DNA of 64,000 nt from Eledone cirrhosa (Eukaryota): the NCBI GenBank assembly GCA_964016885.1, contig OZ024759.1, positions 7,998,001 through 8,062,000 of the forward strand, written 5' to 3'. A model generated the notes under the pieces. It had not been told where the DNA came from and did not search any database. It saw only the letters and a program-made list of their open reading frames with translations. How positions within the stretch are numbered: position 1 is the stretch's first letter; every line of letters begins with the position of its first letter. Shown here in pieces: positions 14,631 to 28,000 of the stretch. A program made the position numbers and the translations under genes.

Positions 14631-15459
14631 TGTCTGGGGTATATTATCAACCATTTAATATACAAACGCACACACGTTGTCAGCCAATTAAGACAAAAAA
14701 AAAAACACCTTCACACCACATGTAGCTTAGTTAAAATACAAACAACCCCACCTCATGTGGCTGGGGTATAATGTTAACCAGTTTTAAAACACAACACTGA
14801 AATAGTGCATACATATACCAACACGCGTGAAATAGCACAAACACCTTTTTCACCCTCTCACACCTGTATAAACATGCACATGCATGTATGCACACTCAGG
14901 AAGATCTATGCACACACACAAATTTGCACATGTGTATACAAAAGGCTACACAAAATACATTATATATATAAACTTAACGTTGGTGTAACTAGTTTATAAA
15001 CCTGTTATGAGGTTTAGAAACTAGTTATACCTACACTAGGTATACTTACACACAAATTTGCAAGAGCATCTAATCTTGTATAAACTTCACAAAAATATAG
15101 AGACCCCTGCCCCTCATGCTCTATTATAATGCCCCACTATGATAATGTAATCATACAATATATATTGTTGTTGTGGTTTTGATATTGATACTCTAGTTTA
15201 GTATAGTTGTTGCTTCAAGCCCTTATATTTCTGTGTTAAAGTTCTCCTTCTCTTCTATCCAGTTGGGCTGCTCAACCGTCAACCCCTGCCCCCTCAGCCC
15301 CAACATTGGTCTGACCAGAAGGAGTTGTTGCGTGTCTAAATATGGATGAGGAGGAAGGTAAGAGTAGCTAAAGACCAGATTTCCCTCCTCCAGAACACTC
15401 GTGATATTCCACTTTGATGGCAGCTTATTAACCCCATCCCACATTCTTCCCTCACACAC

Positions 15460-15810
15460 AAACATACACATATATATACACATATATATACACATATATA
15501 TACACATATATATATATATATACATACACTCATGGAGATATCTATATGCACATATATATACACTTATGTATATATCTATATGCACATATATATACACATA
15601 TATATACACTTATGTATATATATTTTCACATATCCATATATATATATTTACACATATATATATATACATATGCATATATATATATATACACTCATGTATA
15701 TATCTATATTCACATATATATACATATGTATATATATATTTACACACACACACATATATATATATATATACACACATGTATACATATATATATATATATA
15801 TACACACGTA

Positions 15811-15852
<42 letters not shown>

Positions 15853-15889
15853 GTATACATATATATATATATATATATACACACATGTA

Positions 15890-15931
<42 letters not shown>

Positions 15932-16045
15932 GTATACATATATATATATATATATACACACATGTACACATATATATATATATATATATATACACACATG
16001 TATACACATATATATATATATACACATGTCCACACACATATATAT
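15460..16045. repeat. TA/CA microsatellite tract
   Basis: Degenerate (TA)n/(CA)n; overlapping ORFs are artefacts. Confidence 0.9.
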
Positions 16046-16324
16046 GCATTCGTCCTCATGTATCAAAACCTATGTCATTCGCCCCCCAACCTCCTACCCC
16101 ACCCTGACACCGCCATGGGTGTAGATGTTTCTACCTGCAGGGGTTATTGTCTGGAGGGGACAGTAATATCTGTTAGACATGTCTATATTTATATGGAGGG
16201 GGTTATTGTCTGGAGGGATCAGTGATATCTGTTAGACATCTCTATATTTAGTTTCATAGCACAAATATAAAATAAATAAAAATATTACAAACATTGCAAA
16301 GTCTTGAGTTTTCATTTAAAATAA

Positions 16325-16738
16325 TTGTTGTTGTGTGTATATTGTTGTTGTTGTACTGTTGTTGTTGTTGTATTGTTGTTGTTGTGTATTGCTGTTGTTG
16401 TGTGTATTGTTGTTGTTGTTGTGTGTATATTGTTGTTGTTGTGTATGTTGTTGTTGTGTGTATATTGTTGTTGTTATTGTGTGTATATTGTTGTTGTTGC
16501 TGTGTGTATATTGTTGTTGTGTGTATATTGTTGTTGTTGTATTGTTGTTGTTGTGTGTTGTTGTGTGTATATTGTTGTTGTTGTTGTTGTGTGTATATTG
16601 TTGTTGTTGTGTGTATATTGTTGTTGTGTGTATATTGTTGTTGTGTGTATATTGTTGTTGTATGTTGTTGTTGTGTGTATGTTGTTGTTGTTGTGTGTAT
16701 ATTGTTGTTGTTGTGTGTATATTGTTGTTGTTGTTGTT
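16325..16738. repeat. (TTG)n-based compound microsatellite
   Basis: gttgttgttgtgtgtatatt repeats, forming an expanded tract at the tail of the adjacent SINE. Confidence 0.92.
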
Positions 16739-17066
16739 TCATTTCATTTCATTTTACGTCCACTTCTCCCTGCTTGCAAGGGTGGGACGGGAACTGGTTC
16801 TGGCTTGATTTCTACAGCTGGATGCCCTTCCTAACACCAACCTCATTTACAGTGAGTGCTGGGTGCTTTTTTGCCGTGGCACCTCGACGACCACTTTACA
16901 GTGGAATGATATGGACCCCAGTCCCTATCATCTCATTTCTACTGCTGAGTAAACTGGAGCAATGTGAAATAAAGTGTCTTGCTCAAGGAAACAACACATC
17001 ACCCGGTCTGAGAATTGAACTCACAACCTTTCGATTGCAAAGCCAATGCTCTAACCACTAAGCCAT
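16739..17066 (-). mobile_element. tRNA-derived SINE family A
   Basis: Near-identical to 1309-1645. Confidence 0.9.
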
Positions 17067-17369
17067 TGTTGCGTGTGTATATTTATGCTGTTGTTGTTTG
17101 TTTCTATATATTTATGGCCTCCTGTCGTTTCACTTTATGATACATTTACTCCATTTCCGCACCACCACCATGATTCAACATTGAAGATGGATGAGTTACA
17201 TAATGTCCACTGCTTTCCACATATGTGAAATTATAGAACGTAATACTTTTTTTATTTTTTTTTTATAGATATTATTTTTATTAGAGAAAAGCAATGAAGA
17301 ATGACATGATGCTGAATGAAAACAAAAGCAATATATACACACACACACACCGACCACAACTAAATATGG

Positions 17370-17630
17370 AATGAAACGCGATGGGGCTCCGCCATAGGTC
17401 AGAATGGAGAAGGCGTTTCCCCGGAGGACAGCAAGGGAGACGCGCTGGAAAAGCCACTCCAACTCGCGGGGCTCACACCTGCGGATGGCCAGCTCAGAGC
17501 CTATGGTGGTGAGTAGGGAGGTAGCTCTGGGGCTGAGGACACCAGAAGTCTCCACTGCCAGGGGTACAGCCTCCTCAGCCCGATGTGCAGCAGAACCTGG
17601 GCTGGTCGCAGACTGCACCAGGTTGCGGCT
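17370..17630 (-). mobile_element. CRE-like non-LTR retrotransposon 3' fragment (restriction-like endonuclease C-terminus)
   Basis: VPLAVETSGVLSPRA..LL..IG......EPRELEWLFQRVSLAVLRGNAFSIL matches the P.A.ET.G...QR.S.A..RGNA motif of CRE-clade elements; GC-rich island. Confidence 0.75.
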
Positions 17631-18328
17631 GCAGAAAGTGTCAGTATGTCATGGTTAACATTGCAGAATAACCAATTCTACCCAGTGGTAAACCACCAGA
17701 TTTAAATGTAGATATATATTGTTTTTAATGTGTCTAAGACCCCCAGCAGACATCTGATGATGGAAAATTTTCTCCCGTTCTTGTTTTCCTCCTTTTATAA
17801 GTACACCTTATCCAGCAACTACACAAGTTTCGCTGTGACCTATCCTCTCTTTCTCCCTATTTATTTTGTTGCTATCATCTCTTCCCCCTCGTTCTTCCTC
17901 TCCCTCTGTTTCTCTCACCTGATCCTTTAGCTGTCTCTTTCTCTTTCTCACTTACTCTTGCGGAGGTCAGACGTATTTTTTTCTCGTCCACACAGCCTCG
18001 GACTTAAGTTCAGTAGTTGATGTCGACTTTAATCTTTTATCTCTCTTTGAGTTGCTCACGCACACGTGCTTCGGGTTTCCCTCTCTGGGTTGTTGTTTCT
18101 CGGTTTTTTCCTTTTTCTTGCCTTTTCCCTTCTGTTACTATTTTTTTCTCTCTTTTTTTCCCAATAACTTCCGTGAGTTATTGACACCCTGGGGCGAGAC
18201 ATATTGTCTTTAATGCGTTGAAATGTCCAAGACCCCCAACAGACAACTGATGAAGGAAAATTTTCTCCTGTCCTTGCTTTCCTCTTTTTATAAGTACAGC
18301 AACTACACAACCCCTGTCCCAGTTTATT

Positions 18329-18363
<35 letters not shown>

Positions 18364-18515
18364 CATCTACAATGCATATGTATACAATATATACATATAT
18401 ATACATCTATATGAACATATATGCTTATATGTGTATATATTTTAATACCTGTATGCATGTGTGTGTATATATAAAGCTGCAAATTGGCAGAGTTGTTAGA
18501 ATGTTGGATAGAGTG

Positions 18516-18977
18516 TGTAGCATAGCAAGAGTTGCCTCCCTTGTCATGACAATCTCATCACCGCTCTCTAGACGGGAAGTAGCTGGAGTTGCTTCCCCTT
18601 GGGGGTGATAGAACCCTGTTGGTCACTTCCGGTCGGACCCTATAAAAGGAACAGGTTAGGACGATCTCCCTCTCTCGCCTCCTTGATCCCAAAGTGGTAA
18701 CAACACCTGCGACCTTATCATGAGATGATTCCTTTCTCATTTTCCTTCGCCACTCAAGAAGGATGCCACCTAAGAACCTAAGAACCTTAGAAGATGTTAA
18801 CACCTCCAAGAGAAGATCTCTGTTCTTCTCTACACACTTCAGCCTAGGAGTAACGGGTAACGATTCATTTATATTAATACCTTTGACTTCTGTGAAGTAA
18901 AAACCTTGTCACAACACACACCGGCATTTATTGTCTTTTGTAATAATTTTATATGTACACCGATACTAATCTCCCCA
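18516..18977 (+). mobile_element. Probable solo LTR inserted in a family-B SINE
   Basis: Starts TG (tgtagc), ends CA (ctcccca), flanked by gagtg/aagtg (5-bp TSD, 1 mismatch); TATA-like ctataaaagg at ~18640 and agtaaa at ~18896. The flanks rejoin into SINE-B-like sequence. Confidence 0.55.
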
Positions 18978-19229
18978 AAGTGCTTTAAGGTATTTGTTTC
19001 GGCTCCCTGAGGTCAACTGGGCGTTTCATCCTTTCGAGGTCGATAAAAAAGTACCAGTCTTTATATCACTTTCTTATTTTCCTCTCTCTCACTTTCTATC
19101 TTTCTCTGGAAGAAATCTGCTGTACCCAGCCCTGGGGAGGGATGGGCTCCGCCATGCTTAAAAATGTTCAAGAAATGCCATATGTCATTAAGGTAGCCAC
19201 ACGACTCTATCAGGAGTGACGGGACCATA

Positions 19230-19690
19230 CATATATATGTAATTTGTCAGAGCATTGTGTCTTTTCTGTGTGTGGATATAATGTTTTACTTCTTTGTTCT
19301 TTAGTGTGCTTCTATGTTGGAGTACTGATGAGTTTTTCCCACCCTGAAGTTCTCGCCAGTGTTCACTTATCCTTTCTTCTATGCTACAGGATGTTTCTTC
19401 TATGTATGTTATGTTCTTATTCCTACACTGTCCCTCAGTACATCTTATGCTATATACTACGTTCCTAGTTTTGCAGTTAATTTCTGGGCTTAGCTTGCAG
19501 ACTATGCATTTCCAATCAGTGCAGGGCGTTCTTTGAAATGGATATGTTTTACTAATTTGGGCCTTTATGGGAATACCTGATTTTTCAACTATCTTAATAT
19601 TTAATTTGAGCTTGTCTAGGGCCCTTCTAAATCTGTAAGCTAGTTCACCTGTGGAGGTTGATTTGATGAACATTACACTAACACATTGCA
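19230..19690 (-). mobile_element. Penelope-like element, GIY-YIG endonuclease fragment (decayed)
   Basis: C..C..C...NCKTRNVVYSIRC...C....YIEET..SI.ERISEH is the VVY...YIGET motif of Penelope-type GIY-YIG domains. Confidence 0.8.
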
Positions 19691-19869
19691 ATAATACCTT
19701 AAGTTTCATTATATAAGAAGCTGATTGAGTTGGGGTGTAGAACCTGTATATGTCACTGTTGTAACTAATTATACTTAAATACTCCTAAGGACTTAGTGCT
19801 CTAAACCCTTAAATATTTCTACCAAACTTATGCTACAGTATGTACACACACATATATATACACACACAC

Positions 19870-19907
<38 letters not shown>

Positions 19908-20634
19908 ATCATATAAATATAAATTCAGCAAGAATCGCATTTCGGCAGGTAGAAAAAGCGAAACGCAACGCAAATTCCGAGTCAGGCTGGCAAGCCCTCC
20001 ATGGGCTAAAGAGACCAGAGCAATAAACATAGGTTATAAAGGCCATACAAACTGAGACGGCGGTCAAGAAGCCATAAACCACTTAAGCCAAACTAAACGG
20101 GTCGGACAAAAGAAATGGCATATTCACCCGGACCCATGGAATTGATGGTATAATCCAGTACAGGGGTTCTGCCACACCTAAATCAATAATACTGTCTGCT
20201 TAAAACAATATGCTTTTGGTATAATGATCGAACAAGGAATATCACGAATTGTTTCTTAAATCGGAATTACTTCTGTAGGAGGTAGGGGTCATATGATTGA
20301 ACCGCTCGCGCCCTGTCGGTGCCCTCACCCATGTCCATGTTTCACGCAGGCGTGATACATACAGGCACTTATACACCCACAGCGATCACATACACACCTG
20401 CAACTGTATTATATGCGACAATCACATTAGATATTGTATCACATATAATACTTAGAAAGAATTTAAAAAAAACAGAATGTTTCAGAAAAACAGTCTCAAA
20501 ATACCTTAAAAAATACACATTTCAAAAAGAAAAACCCTATAAACAGAACGTTTTTAAAAGAATGCTTGAAATAGCCTTTCAAAAAAGTTAATTCAAAGGT
20601 ATTTTTGATAAATATACACATATCTACACGCACA

Positions 20635-23400
20635 CACTGTACTCAGGAAACACCCCTTCCCATTCTAATCTGATTACCGAGGTACCGGAAACTATCAACC
20701 ACTTCTATAGCACACACCTGCATTTGTAAAACGTGCCTATCAATGCGACTTCTACTGTCAAATTTCCCTGTACATCTATTTCATACATATTTTTCCCTAC
20801 TTGTTGTTTTGCCTGCTATCCCACTATATCTCTTGTGCACCCAAGATCTGCATTGCGTACATTTTATAGAATTTATGCCAGTTCCTTTTCTACATATCGA
20901 ACATGGCCATTTCCCTGATGGAATCAGAGTATTGTCCTCTCTTCTACTTATCAACACTTTAGTCTTAGCTAGGTTCACTCTCAGTCCTCTTGCTTCCAAC
21001 GGCTGTTTCCATAGCCAGAAATTATTCTCTAGCTCCTCTACTGATTCTGCTATTAGAACTAGATCTTCAGCCTAGAGAAGTTCCCATGGAACAGACTCCT
21101 CTGTTATGGGCTTGGAGGACTATAATGAACAAGAGCGGGCTGAGGACCAAACCCTGATGTACTCTTACTTGTATCTGGAATTCCTCACTAAACTCCATTC
21201 CTACTCTCACTTTACTGACAGCACCTCTCTACATAGCTTGCACTGTCCTGACAAGCCATTCCTCTACACCTAGTTTCCTTAGGGACCACTAGATGACAAA
21301 TCGGGGTACCCTATCAAAGGCCTTCTGTAGGTCAACAAAGGCTAAGTATAGTGGCTTATTCTTCTCTAAGAACCTCTCTTGTAGTTGTCTCACCAAGAAG
21401 AGGGCATCTGGTGTACCTTTCCCAGGCACAAAACCAAACTACATCTCATCTAGTTTGACCCTTTCTTTAATTAGTTGCGCTAGCATTCTTTCTGCCACTT
21501 TCATAACCTGATCCATCAGTTTTATACCCCTATAATTGCTCCTCTCCAGTGCATCCCCTTTACCTTTGTAGCAATTTATGAGAATACTGCTGCACCAGTT
21601 TTTGGGTATGACACCACCATATATAGCCTGATTGATGATACGTGCAACCAGTTTAGTGCCTATGTCCCCTGATGCCTTCAGCATCTCAGCAACTATCCCC
21701 GATGCTCCAGCAGCCTTACCATTCTTCATTTCCCTAATCGCCTCTTGGACCCTATATTCATCAATCTCAATAGCTGGTCCCTCTGTCGGGTCTACTGGGG
21801 GTAATTTCTCTCTCTCCCATTCTCCACATTCATCAGTCTCTCATAATGACATTTCCAGGCCTCCTTCTTTTGACCATTCATGACACTAAGTACACCGGCA
21901 TCATTCCGGACACATTTATCTCCAACAACATCCTGATTTACACTGACACACTGCCTTGCAATGTGGAACACCGCACGCCTCTGATCTTCTCATCGCAGAA
22001 CATTGGCAAACCTCCTACTCTCAGCCTCCCTGCATGCTAAGTACACCTAATGTCTAGCTTCTCTCTTAGCGGTTGTGTATTCTTCTCTTCTCCCACCATT
22101 TTTCCAAGCCTTCCATGCTAGTCTTTTGTCTCTAATTGCCCTATCTGCCGTGCTGTTCCACCACCAGGTCACTCTCTGTCTGGTTGAAGCTCTGCCCCAA
22201 CTACAAGTTTCTTCAGTAGCCTGCAATATGTTGTCACACAAGAAATTCCAGTTATCATCTATGTCATACGACTCTAAATCATCTTTTTCGTCATATACAT
22301 CTTGAAGGGCTTTGCTAAATTTATATTTTAATGAAAGGTCTTTTAGCTTCCAGACCTTTCTTTTCCACACCTTCCTGTATGTCTCATTCCATCTCTTGCT
22401 TACTGAGATGTCACTAACGACTAACCTATGCTGTGGGGTACATTCTTCCCCAGGGTATGCCTTGGTATTTGACACCATCTACCTGTCCCGCTGCCTAATT
22501 AGTAAGAAGTCAATCTGGCTTATGTGCTCGCCTGGTTTGTAGGTTATTAGGTGGTTGGCAGGTTTCTGGAAGTTAGTGTTGCCAGTGGTTAGTGTACTTG
22601 AATCACAAAATTCAAGAAGTCTCACTCCTTCTTCATTTCTTGAGCCGTAACCGTGCCCACCATGTACCCCAGTGTAACCATCCTGGAGCTGTCCAACATG
22701 ACCATTGAAGTCCCCTGCTAGCATAACGATGTCTCTGTCCTCTGTCATTGTGGTTGTTTGTAAAAGTTGCTTGCAAAAGCAGTCTTTCTCTTCTTTACCT
22801 AGGCCTGCTTGGGGAACATAGGCAGAGATGATTGTCTGTAGTCTCCTACCTACAACTAATCTAAGCTTAATTATTCTATTACTAACTCTAACTACCTCTA
22901 TTGTCTTATTGATCCATTTCTCAGCCAGGAAAATGCCTACTCCCCCTAACCCACCATCCTTACCCACCCAGAAAAGCTTATAACTAAGATGTTTGCCTGC
23001 AATTAGTCTCGCAGAGGCACTACTCCATCTCACCTCACAGCACACAACAACATGCCTTCTCTCCAGCATCTCCACTATCTCATCAGACCTACTTGTAAGA
23101 GTGCCAACATTAAGTGTTGCAACTCTGAGATGCGACGTCTTCATATTCTTGTTCCTTTTCCGTGTAGTGCGATTGCTTGAAGACGGTCGTGGGGTTCTCG
23201 TACATGGCCTCACCAGCCACCCCACTACCGTGCTCAGCCCTAACATGGTTAGTGTTATTGCTGCTGACGCAATTGTTGCGATTGTCATTTGTTGTGCTCA
23301 TAGCTTTTGGCAGTAGTATGTATACTGGTTGGATGCCTTTCCTTTACAGCATGGACTGGGTGCTCTAATTCGTGCCACCAGCACTAGAGAGGATGTCTTA
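20635..23400 (-). mobile_element. Decayed RTE-clade LINE (APE endonuclease + reverse transcriptase), 3' end missing
   Basis: APE motifs ATLNVGTL, GVGIFL, ISAYVPQ, AGDFNGHVG, SQIDFLL, QHRLVV; RT-region motifs MKNGKAAG.SGI.AEMLK, YKGKGDALERSNYRGIKL, GLRVN..KTKV; frameshifts and stops. Confidence 0.92.
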
Positions 23401-23481
23401 CTGGACTTCATGGGCCCTCTCTACCCCTCCATTTTACAGCATGGTCATAACAATAATAACACTATTAATAATTAATAATTA

Positions 23482-23653
23482 ATTGTTTCTACTTTTGGCA
23501 CAAGGCCAGCAATTACCCAGTGCATTACTGGTACTTTATTTTATCGACCCCTTAAGGATGAAAGGCAAAGTTAACCTTGGCGGGATTTGAACTCAGACCA
23601 TAAAGGGCTGCAAAACATGGCGTCCAACCCTCTACCGATACTGCCAATCCACC
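23482..23653 (-). mobile_element. tRNA-derived SINE family B
   Basis: Minus strand ggtggattggcagtatcggtagag...ctgagttcaaatcccgcc..ggttaactttgcctttcatcc...gtcgataaaataaagtaccagt...gccttgtgccaaaagtagaaacaatt; B box GAGTTCAAATCC. Confidence 0.85.
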
Positions 23654-23966
23654 ATTAATGCAATCGTGCAATGCCTGTGCGTGAAGAATATTTTTTAAAG
23701 TGGGGTAAGACTGTGCACTGAGCCAATCCCACTCTCTGAGTGACAGTAGCCATAACCCGAAAAGAAGAAAAGATCAACATCATCGGTAACTGCAGGTTTT
23801 ATGTCGGAGTTAACCCAGTTTCCTGAGATGCCTTCTCCTAGAAGAATGCCCTGACAAGGGCTAGGGGTCCTTCACTCCACGCAAAAGAAAATATATATAT
23901 AAATGTATATGTATATATATATATACATATATATAACATATATATATATAATATAGATGTATGTAT

Positions 23967-24290
23967 GGAGGCACATGGCTTAGTGGTTAGAGCATTGGCC
24001 TTGCAATCGAAAGGTTGTGAGTTCAAAACTCGGACTGGGTGATGTGTTGTTTCCTTGAGCAAGACACTTTATTTCACATTGCTCCAGTTTACTCAGCTGT
24101 AGAAATGAGATGATAGGGACTGGGGTCCATATCATTCCACTGCAAAGTGGTCGTGGAGGTGCCACGGCAAAAAAGCACCCAACACTCACTGTAAATGAGG
24201 TTGGTGTTAGGAAGGGCATCCAGCTGTAGAAATGAAGCCAGAACCAGTTCCCGTCCCACCCTTGCAAGCGGACGTAAAATGAAATGATGA
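23967..24290 (+). mobile_element. tRNA-derived SINE family A
   Basis: ggaggcacatggcttagtggttagagc head through cccacccttgcaagcggacgtaaaatgaaatgatga tail. Confidence 0.9.
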
Positions 24291-24625
24291 TATATATATA
24301 TATATATTATATATATTGTATATATATATTCAAAATATTTTGAATTACCTGATGATGTCACCGGATTCATACAGAACCCGGCCATTGAAATGTTCATAGT
24401 ATAATAAACCTTTAAGCCTCCTGTTATTTTATAATAATTAACTCCGTACTCGCACCACCAACTACACAAACGAAGACGGGTGAGTTGCATTACATTGAAT
24501 GCTCTCCATAATATTACATCGAGGTTGACCATACAGAATGACCAGTTCTATCCAGTGGTGAACCAACAAACCCAAATAAATATATATATATAAAGAAATT
24601 AAAAGATGGTTAAAAAAGTTCCATA

Positions 24626-24695
24626 TATTTTATTATGCGCATTTCGAAAACAATATCATCCTGGGACAAAAATTGTGTTCTCATCAGTTAAAATA
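24626..24695 (-). ncRNA. Minimal type I hammerhead ribozyme (Penelope-type)
   Basis: Minus strand: tattttaa CTGATGA gaacacaat-loop-attgttttc GAAA tgcgca TA/ ataaaata; palindromic stem III TGCGCA; one mismatch at the core-proximal pair of stem I. Confidence 0.65.
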
Positions 24696-25089
24696 ATGTA
24701 ACATGATATGAGGCCTATCACTTGTGAACAAGAAAGTGTCCACTCTATATATGACAAAAAATATAAGAGAAGAGAAAAAATAGGAAAAATTAAGAAAAGG
24801 AAAAAGGAAAAAGAAGGAGAGTTTTGATCGGGAACGCTGTCAAAAAACGAATGCAGCTGTAAACTAACGGCTAAAAAATGAATAAATAAATTGATGAGGT
24901 GTATGTGCTAATATCACAAATATTCTAGGTCTAGAATATAGAAACTGGGTATAATATTTTATATTGAGTTTGAATAGTAAAAAAATTGGATTAAGAAGTG
25001 TAAAAATGTATTAATAAAATAAAATAAGATAAATTGAAATTAAAAATAATTATAATATATTATAAAAAAAGGTTTTTAAAATAAAATAA

Positions 25090-28000
25090 AATAAGGTAAG
25101 GTAAGTTAAGGTAAACGTAAGGTAAGGTAAACGTAAATTAAGGTAAAGTACGGTAAACGTAAGGTAACGTAATGTAAGGTAAAGTTAAGGTAATGTAAAC
25201 GTTAGGTAAGGTAAACGTTAGGTAAGGTATGGTAAGCGTAAGGTAAGTTAAGGTAAACGTAAAGAAAGTTAAGGTAAACGTAAAGTAAGGTAAACGTAAA
25301 GTAAGGTAAGGAAATGTAAGGTAAGGAAAAGTATGGTAAACGTAATGTAAGGTAAACGTAATGTAAGGTAAACGTAACGTAAGGTAAGGTAAGGTAAACT
25401 GTAGGTAAGCTAAACGTAAGGTAAGTTATGGTAAACGTAAGGAAAAGTACATTAAACGTAAGGTAAGGTAAACGTAAGGTAAGGAAAATTACGTTAAACG
25501 TAAGGTAAGGTAAACGTAACGTAAGTTAAGGTAAGGTAAACGTAAGGTAAGGTAAATGTAAGGTAAACGGTAAGGTAAGGGTAAGATAAGGTAAGAGAAA
25601 GTAAGGTGAGGTAAACGTAAGGTAAGGTAAAGTACGGTAGACGTAAGGTAAAAGTAATGTAAGGAATGGTAAACGTAAGGTAAGGCAAGATAAGGTAAGG
25701 TAAACGTAAGGTAAGGTAAGGTATGGTAAGGTAAACGTAAAGAAAGGTAAGATAAGGTATGGTAAACGTAAGGTAAAGTAAACGTAAGGTAAGTTAAACG
25801 TAAGGTAAGGTAAATGTAAGGTTAGGTAAACGTAAGGTAAAGTAAGGTAAACGTAAGTTAAGGTAAACGCAAGGTAAGTTAAGGTAAACGTAATGTAAGA
25901 TAAACGCAAGGTAAGGTAAACGTAAGGTAAGGTTATGTAAAGTACAGTAAACGTAAGGTAAGGTAAGGTAAGTTAAACGTAAGGTAAGATAAGGTAAACG
26001 TAAGGTAAGGTAAGTTAAACGTAAGGTAAGGTAAAGTAAGGTAAGTAAGATAAGTTAAGGTAAACATAAGTAAAGATAAGGTAAACGTAAGGTAAGGTAA
26101 ACGTAAGGTAAACAAAATGTAACTTAAAAGGTAAATTAAGATAAGGTAAGGTAAGGTAAAGTACGATTAACGTAAGGTATGGTGAGGTAAACGTAAGGTA
26201 AGGTAAGCGTAAGGTAAGTAAACGTAAGATAAGTAAACGTAAGGTAAGGTAAAGTAAGATAAATGTAAGGTAAACGGTAAGGTAAGGTAAGGGTAAGATA
26301 AGGCCAGGTAAGGTAAGATAAGGGAAAGCAAGGTAAACGTAAGGTAATGTGAGGTAAACGTAAGGTAAGATAAGGTAAACGTAAGGTACGGTAAAGTAAG
26401 GTAAGGTAAACGTAAGGAAAGGTAAACGTAAGGTAAGGTAAAGTACGGTAAAAGTAATGTAAGGAAAGGTAAACGTAAGGTAAGGTCACGTAAGGTAAAA
26501 TAAAGGTAAGGCAAGATAAGCTAAGGTAAGGGAAAATAAATGTAACGTAAGGTAAATGTAAGGTATGGTAAGGTAAACGCAAGGAAAGGTAAGGTAAACG
26601 TAAGATAAGGTATGGTAAAGGTAAGGTAAGCGTAAGGTAAGTTAAACGTAAGGTAAGTAAACGTAAGGTAAGGTAAACGTAAGGTAAGGTAAACGTAAGG
26701 TAAGGTAAGTTAAACGTAAGGTAAGTAAACGTAAGGTTAGGTAAACGTAAGGTAAGGTAAAGTAAGGTAAACGTAAGTTAAGGTAAACGTAAGGTAAGGT
26801 AATGTAAGATAAACGTAAGGTAAGTTAAGATAAGGTAAACGTAAGGTAAGGTAAGGTAAGGTAAGGTAAGGTAAACGCAAGGTAAGGTAAGGTAAGGTAA
26901 ACGTATAGTAAGGTAAGGTTATGTAAAGTACAGTAAACGTAAGGTAAGATAAGGTAAACGTAAGGTAAGGTAAGGTAAGGTAAGGTAAACGCAAGGTAAG
27001 GTAAGGTAAGGTAAGGTAAACGTATAGTAAGGTAAGGTTATGTAAAGTACAGTAAACGTAAGGTAAGATAAGGTAAACGTAAGGTAAGGTAAGGTAAGGT
27101 AAGGTAAACGTAAGGTAAGTTAAACGTAAGGTAAAGTAAACGTAAGGTTAGGTAAGGTAAAGTAAGATAAGTTAAGGTAAACACAAGGAAAGGTAAGGTA
27201 AACGTAAGGTAAGGTAAACGTAAGGTAAACAAAAGGTAACTTAAAAGGTAAATTAAGGTAAGGTAAACGTATAGTAAGGTAAACGTAAAGTAAGGTAAGG
27301 AAATGTAATGTAAGGTAAGGTATGGTAAACGTAAGGTAAGCTAAGGTAAAGTAAACGTAAGGTAAGGTAAATATAAGGTAAGGTAAACGTAAGGTAAGGT
27401 GAGTTAAGGTAAGGTAAACGAAATGTAAAGTAAGGTAAACGTAAGGTAAGGTAAACTGTAGGTAAGGTAAATTAAAGTAAGGTAAACGTAAGATAAGGTA
27501 AGGTAAACGTAAGGAAAGGTAAGGTAAACGTAAGGTATGGTAAACGTAAGGTAAGGTAAACGTAACGTAAGGTAAAGTAAGGTAAAGTACGGTAAACGTA
27601 AGGTAAGTTATGGTAAGGTAAACGTAAGGTAAGGTAATGTAAACGTAAAGTAAAGTAAGGTAAGTTAAACGCAAGGTAAGGTATGGTAAACGTAAGATAA
27701 GGTAAGGTAAGGTAAACGTAAGGTAAGGTAAAGTAAGGTAAGGTAAAGTAAACGTAAGGTAAGGTAAGATAAGGTAAACGAAATGTAAGGTAAGGTAAAG
27801 TAAGGTACACGTAAGGTAAGCTAAATTGTAGGTAAGGTAAGGTAAACGTAAGATAAGGTAAGGTAAACGTAAGGTAAACGTAAGGAAAGGTAAGGTAAAC
27901 GTAAAGTAAGATAAACGTAAGGTATGGTAAGGTAAGGTAAACGTAAGGTAATGTAAGGTAAACGTAAGATAAGGTAAACGTAACATGAGTTAAGGTAAGG

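Noticed and set aside
17730-18330. Two CTGATGA motifs (~17755, ~18248) in a duplicated segment as hammerheads
   Set aside because: No correctly placed GAAA after stem II and no stem I/III partners.
23967-24040. tRNA genes at SINE heads
   Set aside because: A/B boxes run directly into a SINE core and LINE-like tail in many dispersed copies; no convincing acceptor stem.
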